Shown in pieces: positions 8,494-14,265 of a stretch of 14,265 nt of DNA. The DNA is taken from the IMG/VR virus record IMGVR_UViG_2579778916_000002; one strand, given 5' to 3'. The stretch is from a virus. Lineage: Duplodnaviria > Heunggongvirae > Uroviricota > Caudoviricetes. The first letter of the stretch is position 1; each line of letters starts with the position of its first letter. The notes beneath the pieces were generated by a model. That model ran no database searches and was not told the origin of the DNA. It saw only the letters and a program-made list of their open reading frames with translations. The position numbers and the translations under genes are program-made.

Positions 8494-8809
8494 TGAGTTT
8501 TACCGGCACTTCTTCTGCACTGGTTCCGGCATCTGCCCAGACAACCCCGACCAGCGGATCAGAGCCGCTGTTAGTCAGCTGAACTTTTCCGGACTTCAGA
8601 TAAACCTTCTTACCCGTTTTCATGTCATCCGTTTTCAGCTTAGGCAGCATAAACACACCTTCGGTCATGCCGTCGCCTGTTTCACCCTGTGGAATATCGG
8701 TCAGCGCCACCGCAAAAACATCGCCCACCTGCACCAGATCTCCGCTGCTGATGGCTGCACTGGCAACAATCGCCACCGTTTTTCCTTCTTCTACAAAATT
8801 CTTTGCCAT
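8486..8809 (-). CDS. Small head-associated protein, DUF2190-like (possible decoration/head-completion protein)
   Basis: 107 aa from ATG 8809, with GGAG at 6-nt spacing. Position directly after the major capsid gene. Family assignment is from memory of the sequence type, not a search. Confidence 0.5.
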   Translation of the reverse strand: MAKNFVEEGKTVAIVASAAISSGDLVQVGDVFAVALTDIPQGETGDGMTEGVFMLPKLKTDDMKTGKKVYLKSGKVQLTNSGSDPLVGVVWADAGTSAEEVPVKLNV

Positions 8810-8852
8810 AACTGTCTCCGCACAGCCCCGTTCAGGGGCTGATTTCAGGTAC

Positions 8853-8871
8853 AAAAAAAGCCCTTACGGGC
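8853..8871 (-). terminator. Short terminator-like hairpin (GCCC / GTAA loop / GGGC) plus 7-nt U-tract immediately downstream of the capsid gene
   Basis: Read directly. A second 7-bp hairpin without a U-tract follows at 8823..8841 (CAGCCCC / TGAAC loop / GGGGCTG on the minus strand). Confidence 0.4.
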
Positions 8872-8895
8872 CATCAGAGTTGTTGTCTGCGACGT

Positions 8896-10854
8896 TTACG
8901 CCGTACATTTCACCAGACCGCGGTGATCAACTGGCGCGACACCGGCGTCAATACGCACTTTCGTTGTCACGCCATCCACACTGAAGCCCTCCATCTGATC
9001 AATATATGGCGTATCCACACCGTTGAGATAAGCCACTTCAATCGTATCGGAGCCTTTTGACGCAGCCAGGTAGAAGGTGGTCTGGCTGTTATCATCAAGA
9101 CGAGGCTCTGCAATAACGGTCGCAAAATCTTTCACCGGGTTAATAATACCGGCGTTAATGTCAGCCCCCTTGACACTTGAGGAGCGAATGACCTGGTTAG
9201 CAACAGACTCCATCGCCGTCGGTACCAGTACGAACGCAGGACGAATATTCAGATGACGCTCCCCCTCTTTCTGAACGCGCATCAACTGGCGGGCTTTATC
9301 CAGCGATGCCACGTCCATTGCAGCGCTCTCCAGTACGTTTGCATGTTTCGCTTTATCGAACAGACTTACATTATCTGTGGAGATTTTCGGGTTAGACGTC
9401 AGAATGGCATAAACCAGATCGGCAATAGTGGATTTCGCCGCACGGCCCAGTTTCATCGGGACATCGGTCAGCATATTCAGATCATCATTGATAATGGCCT
9501 GACGGGTGATACTGAACAGCTCGCCATAGGTCGCCAGTGCAATAGTGGCCTGTTTATCTCCGGTGGTGACGTATTTATATTCCGCCCCTTCACGCACCTG
9601 ACGCAGAGCACTGAAGCCCCCCATACCCACACGATGGGCAATTTTAAAATCAGACAACTGACCTTTCCGCGTCCACTGTTCATAGGTTTCAGGGGCATCT
9701 TCCCAGCCCTGCAGAATGGCTTTGTTCGCAACATCCAGCAGAATATTACCGAAGTCAGACGTACTGTGTGTGAACGCCGCACCGACCATCTGCATCGGGT
9801 TATAACCGGAAACCCCAATACCCCGTTCAGTTAGTGACATACGGGCATATTCACGCAGGGTCATCCCGTTGTAGACATTATCACGTTCGGTTTTTTCAAA
9901 TCCGGCACGCGCCATCAGCGCCTGGCGGATCCCGTCCCCCACAAAATTACCGTTACCGGCATAAATATGAGCCGGGGTATTTTTATTGGATGGCGTGGAC
10001 TCGCGCCCCATCTCGTTCAACAGCTTTTCACGGGCCTGCTCCAGCGAACATTCAGGATCGGCAAGACACTGGGCCTGCAGCATCTGATAACGCCCGCCAA
10101 ACATGGCAAACAGATCATTAATACCGTTTACACGCGCTTTTTGCTCTGCCAGTACCTGCGCACGGATACTGTTTTCATCCACCACGGGTGCTGCTGCCTG
10201 CACTGGCGTCCGGGAGGCTGCAGGTTCATCATCCTGTACGCGTGGAGCACTGTTGCGTGGCGGAGTAATCATGTTTCGAATGGATTCCGGCATCTTTTTA
10301 AATTCCTCTGTACGTTTTGACTGAATACATGCCATTGCCTTAACGGCTGGTGTCACCTGATCAGCAAATCCCTGTGCCAGACATTCGGCACCGGACATCC
10401 AGGTCTCATCCGCCAGCATGGCAGCAATTTCATCGGTGGTTTTCCCGGTTTTCTGTGCATAAGCGGGTAACAGAACCGCCTCAACTTTATCGAGCAGGTC
10501 GGCATAGGTGCGCATGTCCTCCGCATCACCGCCCGTAAAGCCAAATGGTTTATGAATCATCATGAAGGAGTTTTCCGGCATAATGATCGGGTTTCCCACC
10601 ATCGCAATGACCGACGCCATTGACGCCGCCACACCGTCGACATAAACGGTAATGGACGCACCATGTGTTTTCAGTGCATTAAAAATGGCGATGCCTTCAA
10701 AGACATCGCCACCCGGTGAATTAATATGGAGATTAATGTGGGTGATATCGCCCAGTGCATTCAGATCACTGATAAACTGCTTCGCTGTAACACCCCAGAA
10801 ACCAATCTCGTCATAAATATAAATATCCGCGTCACTCTGGTGACCTGCCTGCAT
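8896..10854 (-). CDS. Tripartite head gene: ClpP-like prohead protease, scaffold-like linker and HK97-fold major capsid protein in one ORF
   Basis: 652 aa from ATG 10854 with no internal stop. N-terminal ClpP-like motifs (GVAASMASV serine, MMIHKP histidine), a coiled-coil-like middle, and a C-terminal ~350-aa capsid-like domain. Matches the Gifsy-2 tripartite capsid gene architecture. The track's 87-codon upstream extension overlaps the portal 3' end and is rejected. Confidence 0.8.
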   Translation of the reverse strand: MQAGHQSDADIYIYDEIGFWGVTAKQFISDLNALGDITHINLHINSPGGDVFEGIAIFNALKTHGASITVYVDGVAASMASVIAMVGNPIIMPENSFMMIHKPFGFTGGDAEDMRTYADLLDKVEAVLLPAYAQKTGKTTDEIAAMLADETWMSGAECLAQGFADQVTPAVKAMACIQSKRTEEFKKMPESIRNMITPPRNSAPRVQDDEPAASRTPVQAAAPVVDENSIRAQVLAEQKARVNGINDLFAMFGGRYQMLQAQCLADPECSLEQAREKLLNEMGRESTPSNKNTPAHIYAGNGNFVGDGIRQALMARAGFEKTERDNVYNGMTLREYARMSLTERGIGVSGYNPMQMVGAAFTHSTSDFGNILLDVANKAILQGWEDAPETYEQWTRKGQLSDFKIAHRVGMGGFSALRQVREGAEYKYVTTGDKQATIALATYGELFSITRQAIINDDLNMLTDVPMKLGRAAKSTIADLVYAILTSNPKISTDNVSLFDKAKHANVLESAAMDVASLDKARQLMRVQKEGERHLNIRPAFVLVPTAMESVANQVIRSSSVKGADINAGIINPVKDFATVIAEPRLDDNSQTTFYLAASKGSDTIEVAYLNGVDTPYIDQMEGFSVDGVTTKVRIDAGVAPVDHRGLVKCTA

Positions 10855-10867
10855 CCTGAACCAGGAA

Positions 10868-11362
10868 TTATTCTTCGGACTGGTCGTCGGTGTGCTGCGG
10901 CTCCTGTCGTTTCGTTGCGGCACTGCTGCCTCCTTTATCACTGGCCGGATCGGTATCAAATACCAGATCCAGCTTGCGGTTTTCATCAATTTCGGCCTTG
11001 CGCCGACGTTTGACATCATCCGGATTACGACCACCTGCACGTACCCAGTCTGATTCTGTCGCCGCTCCACCACGAATCTGAATTTTCCAGGCCTCAGCCT
11101 CCTTAACAGGGTCAATCCACGGCATCACCGGTCCGGAATACACCGCGGTATACAGTGAAGATCGGTCCAGATCGCGGGGTAGCCTGATAACACCGGATGC
11201 CACAGCCTGTTTCAGCCAGGCACGGTACATCGGGCGGGTGACGGCACCAATAAACCAGTCCTGCAGGATCAGGTAGCCATCAGTAGATTCAACCAGCTCC
11301 TGACGCTGGGCGCTGTAAGTGCCGTTATAGTTGCGCGCTGTACTGGAAAAACTCAGACGACT
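10868..11362 (-). pseudogene. Portal protein 3' fragment (164 codons plus stop), cut at the repeat junction with no start codon in this copy
   Basis: Frame is open from the junction to TAA at 10868. Acidic, charged C-terminal tail (...RRRKAEIDENRKLDLVFDTDPASDKGGSSAATKRQEPQHTDDQSEE) and position just upstream of the protease, typical of lambda-like portals. Confidence 0.6.
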
Positions 11363-11541
11363 GCCTGCATTGTCTGCCGGGCGGCCTGAGTCTGACGCTC
11401 CATAAAACGCTGCATACGGGCAGAAGACCGTTCTGCATCGCTGGCTGCACCATTCAGAAGGTTTTTGATACGGGGAATTTCATTTTTAAACTCTGCCGCA
11501 TCAATCCCCAAATCAATGACCAGGTTGGCTATCTGGTCCAT
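11353..11541 (-). pseudogene. Tape measure H 5' stub: 60 N-terminal codons of H, then Val-Val-stop across the junction
   Basis: Identical to the first 60 codons of H (copy 1) up to the junction at 11363. Diverges after 11362 and hits TGA at 11355..11353. Confidence 0.85.
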
Positions 11542-11863
11542 AACGCACACCTCCGGAAATACCTTCCCCAAGATGCATCAGTTCTTCGTCCGTTCGCTCC
11601 GGTATCCCGTTCTCTTCCGGTAAAAGGCTGAAATCAGCCACCGCAGCATCACTGCTACCGGACACCATTCTCACGATCAATGCCTTCAGCGAGGCAAACT
11701 GCGCATCCATCCACACATCACTGAAGCTCTGCATCCGGAAATAATCGCCCCACTCACCAAGCTCAGTGGCCGACATTTCCGACAGCATCCGCCGCCAGTC
11801 TGCCCGCCGGAACTCCCGGGCAAGCCGCATGACAAACTGCATTTCCCGCGTCAGGACTTTTCC
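11513..11863 (-). CDS. T: Tail assembly chaperone T frameshift segment (copy 2)
   Basis: Identical to 5690..6040. Confidence 0.75.
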   Translation of the reverse strand, partial: GKVLTREMQFVMRLAREFRRADWRRMLSEMSATELGEWGDYFRMQSFSDVWMDAQFASLKALIVRMVSGSSDAAVADFSLLPEENGIPERTDEELMHLGEGISGGVRYGPDSQPGH

Positions 11864-12237
11864 GGCGTCAGCACCTCATGCTCCAAATCCCCGGCATTCT
11901 CAATGACTCCCATACCGCTCAGCGACAGAACCATCTCCGCCCCCGCTCCCAGGGCATCATACGACCATGTTGTAATAACGGATGCGCAAAGCGTCTCAAC
12001 ATCCTGAGACTGTTCCGCATTCCACAGTGAGCGGGAAACCAGCCAGGCATTGATATCCATCCCCATCCGCAGAAAAGCAATCTGTCGTTCAGCCTCCGGC
12101 AGTTCTCCCTCTTCGGCATCAAACTTTGCCGTTCGCTGCTGAACAAACGCCAGATATTCAATTCTCTGCAGCCCGGACAGCTCACTGAGCACCACGGACT
12201 GCTTTTCATAATTAAACGTGCCCTGTTTCAGAAACAT
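11851..12237 (-). CDS. G: Tail assembly chaperone G (copy 2)
   Basis: Identical to 6028..6414. Confidence 0.85.
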   Translation of the reverse strand: MFLKQGTFNYEKQSVVLSELSGLQRIEYLAFVQQRTAKFDAEEGELPEAERQIAFLRMGMDINAWLVSRSLWNAEQSQDVETLCASVITTWSYDALGAGAEMVLSLSGMGVIENAGDLEHEVLTPEKS

Positions 12238-12253
12238 CATGTTCTCCACCTGC

Positions 12254-12277
12254 AAAAAAGCCCCGGATAACCGGGGC
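12254..12277 (-). terminator. V-G intergenic terminator-like hairpin (copy 2)
   Basis: Identical to 6431..6454. Confidence 0.5.
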
Positions 12278-12297
12278 AAATGATGAGTATCGTCCTG

Positions 12298-13041
12298 TTA
12301 ACCTGCGGCGCTGACAGCCACCGCAGCCACTGCCACAAAATCGCCGTCAGAAGTCATGCCCACAATGCTGACACTGCCCTGCTTCACGCCTTTCACCGTG
12401 GCCACAAGCCCGTTCAGGGTCACCGTGGCAGTCTGTGGATCTGTCGAATGCACACTGATCGCTTTGTCACTGGCTCCGTCAGGTTTTACTGTAAAGGTCA
12501 GCGTGGTGGTTGCTCCCACTTTTACACTGGCAGATGCCGGTGCCACCGTCAGCCCGGTAACGCTCACTGTTTCAGTGCCTTCCTCTGCCAGATACGGACG
12601 CCCCACACCGCTGATTTTCACTGTGCGGGTCATCACGTCTTTTGAGGCAATGGTTTTACCCAGTGAGCTCAGCCAGCCACGGAAAACATCAACAGTGCCG
12701 TTGGGATATTTGATACGAAACGCGCAGACTTCACCGGAGTCGAACAACTGAACCAGTTTTTTCTGCCCGCTGTCACCCGGACGCCAGGCCAGCGTCGCCG
12801 AAGTATCACCAACGGATTTCTGCCCCTGGGTTGTCGTTTTCCAGTCTGCATCTTCATCATCGAGATAAGTGTCATCTTCTGCATCAGCGGTCATTTCGCC
12901 AGGTTGCAGATCCTTCACCATCGCAAGACGCAGCCAGTCAGTGTCCGATAAAGGGTTCGCAAACGCATCGCCCTTGCCGGTGTACATCCAGAACGTCGTT
13001 CCCGCACCTTTCGTTTTTGCCAGTGGATTTGGTGTGGTCAT
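12298..13041 (-). CDS. V: Major tail tube protein V (copy 2)
   Basis: Identical to 6475..7218. Confidence 0.88.
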   Translation of the reverse strand: MTTPNPLAKTKGAGTTFWMYTGKGDAFANPLSDTDWLRLAMVKDLQPGEMTADAEDDTYLDDEDADWKTTTQGQKSVGDTSATLAWRPGDSGQKKLVQLFDSGEVCAFRIKYPNGTVDVFRGWLSSLGKTIASKDVMTRTVKISGVGRPYLAEEGTETVSVTGLTVAPASASVKVGATTTLTFTVKPDGASDKAISVHSTDPQTATVTLNGLVATVKGVKQGSVSIVGMTSDGDFVAVAAVAVSAAG

Positions 13042-13052
13042 TGCCACCTCCT

Positions 13053-13454
13053 TTAATTCGTGTACGTGATCTGGTACGTGATTTCCGCCATCGCCCAGGT
13101 GGCCATCTCATTATCACGTTGATAGTTAAAACCGAGAGGGATCAGGGTGTCGATGAGTCCGGAAAGTGCCGGTATATCATTCAGGGCCGGGAAAATGGTG
13201 CTCTCCATCCACATATCCAGCTCTGAATCCGGTGCCTGTGCCCGGATGAAGACAGCAATATGCAGAACAGCCTGCCAGTCATCTTCATCCGTCATTTTTC
13301 CGGTGTACTGAGCATCACTCAGCCACACCGCCACGGCAGGCAGTTCCTGCGCATCAATAAATGCCGGAAGCCCGTCAAAAAACGTGGCGCTGTCTCCACA
13401 CTGTTCCCGAAGGCGTGCCAGTACGGCCTGGCGGATTTGTGTATGTCGGTTCAT
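13053..13454 (-). CDS. U: Tail terminator protein U (copy 2)
   Basis: Identical to 7230..7631. Confidence 0.83.
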   Translation of the reverse strand: MNRHTQIRQAVLARLREQCGDSATFFDGLPAFIDAQELPAVAVWLSDAQYTGKMTDEDDWQAVLHIAVFIRAQAPDSELDMWMESTIFPALNDIPALSGLIDTLIPLGFNYQRDNEMATWAMAEITYQITYTN

Positions 13455-14029
13455 CGGGTCAGCCATAACCTCAGTTGTTGTTTCAGTGCATACCCCAGCT
13501 GTTTCGGCATTTCCGCAGCAATAATGCGGTCGCGGGCATCTTCAAATGCCTGTGTCAGCGGTCCGGACAGCGGGACTTTCACCACATCAATGGGGTAACG
13601 ATTTTTGCCATCAATACGCCGCATCACATGCCAGCGACCATTCGCCAGTTGCTGAATAAACGCATCCCGGAAAAGATATTTACCCACCTTCAGCACACTG
13701 CCACGGTACTGCAGTTTTCCACCACGCCGGGCCAGTCTGACCCGGGCTGTCCCCAGCTTAATAGCGGGCAGATTGCCCCGGTTAACGCGGATCCTGGCCG
13801 TCATTTTTCCTGACGGACTGGCTTTAAACACCCGGACACGCTGACGTACCAGTTTCAGGGGGATCCCTTTCACCTGGTTATCTCCCGCAACGGTATTCCC
13901 GGCAACCTGCCGGGTGGCGACCGAGACCGCTTTCTGTGCCACACGGTTTATCGCCCATGCGCTGGCCTGTGGCACCATACGGGTATCAAGGCTGTTCAGA
14001 TTACGGATGGCATTCTCAAGCCCCTTCAT
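13451..14029 (-). CDS. Z: Tail completion protein Z (copy 2)
   Basis: Identical to 7628..8206. Confidence 0.83.
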   Translation of the reverse strand: MKGLENAIRNLNSLDTRMVPQASAWAINRVAQKAVSVATRQVAGNTVAGDNQVKGIPLKLVRQRVRVFKASPSGKMTARIRVNRGNLPAIKLGTARVRLARRGGKLQYRGSVLKVGKYLFRDAFIQQLANGRWHVMRRIDGKNRYPIDVVKVPLSGPLTQAFEDARDRIIAAEMPKQLGYALKQQLRLWLTR

Positions 14030-14040
14030 CCCACACCTCT

Positions 14041-14265
14041 TTACTCAATAAAGATCATTGGCTTACCGTTAAAACGTTCATGCCGTGTGACCGTCCATTG
14101 TTGTCCGTCATAAACAACGCGATCCCCGCGCCGTGGGCGGTATCCCGAAGAAAACACCACCAGAGAGACCGCAGGTCCGGACAGAGCATTCAGCTCTGCC
14201 AGTGTTTCTCCCGGGATCACAGTCATATCGACATCATTAATCGAGGCTGTCTTTCCCATCTTTCT
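14041..14265 (-). CDS. FII-like head-tail joining protein (copy 2), 3' part only; start lies beyond the window end
   Basis: Identical to 8218..8442 of copy 1. The window ends 51 nt before the expected ATG. Confidence 0.55.
   Translation of the reverse strand, partial: RKMGKTASINDVDMTVIPGETLAELNALSGPAVSLVVFSSGYRPRRGDRVVYDGQQWTVTRHERFNGKPMIFIE

Larger units (their letters stand above)
11363..14265. repeat. Direct repeat copy 2 (at least 2,903 bp, runs off the window end), identical to 5540..8442
   Basis: Offset +5,823 bp. All six-frame ORFs are duplicated with identical translations. Confidence 0.92.

Noticed and set aside
10350-10544. Mutually antisense 62- and 63-aa ORF pair inside the capsid region
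   Set aside because: Both are embedded in the continuous protease-capsid reading frame. Arg/Pro/Cys-rich translations are typical of out-of-frame reads of GC-rich coding DNA.
10855-11115. 87-codon N-terminal extension of the protease-capsid ORF in the track
   Set aside because: Overlaps the portal 3' end in another frame and has a low-complexity translation. The ATG at 10854, 13 nt after the portal stop, gives a protease N-terminus of normal length.
5540-14265. CRISPR array or insertion sequence as an explanation for the repeat
   Set aside because: The repeat is 2.9 kb of protein-coding phage structural genes in direct orientation. There are no short repeat-spacer units, no transposase ORF and no terminal inverted repeats at the boundaries.

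Overview
This window is the late structural (head-to-tail) region of a lambdoid prophage of the enterobacterial type, with every gene on the minus strand. Reading 5'->3' on the minus strand (high to low coordinates) the order is: portal 3' fragment, fused ClpP-protease/scaffold/major-capsid gene (Gifsy-2-like), small DUF2190-like head protein, FII-like head-tail joining protein, then lambda-like tail genes Z, U, V, G, G-T (-1 frameshift), H (tape measure), M, L, K, I and the start of J. Identifications rest on my recognition of lambda/Gifsy-2 protein sequences in the supplied translations, on start codons with Shine-Dalgarno motifs, and on lambda-like stop/start overlaps; no database search was possible. 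The most unusual feature is a perfect direct repeat of at least 2,903 bp (5540..8442 and 11363..14265, period 5,823 bp) whose second copy runs off the window end. Its junction at 11362|11363 joins the interior of the portal gene to codon 60 of the tape-measure gene, which looks like a tandem segmental duplication or an assembly artefact. No RNA genes, CRISPR arrays, transposases or obvious accessory (moron) genes were seen; plus-strand ORFs in the track are antisense shadows.
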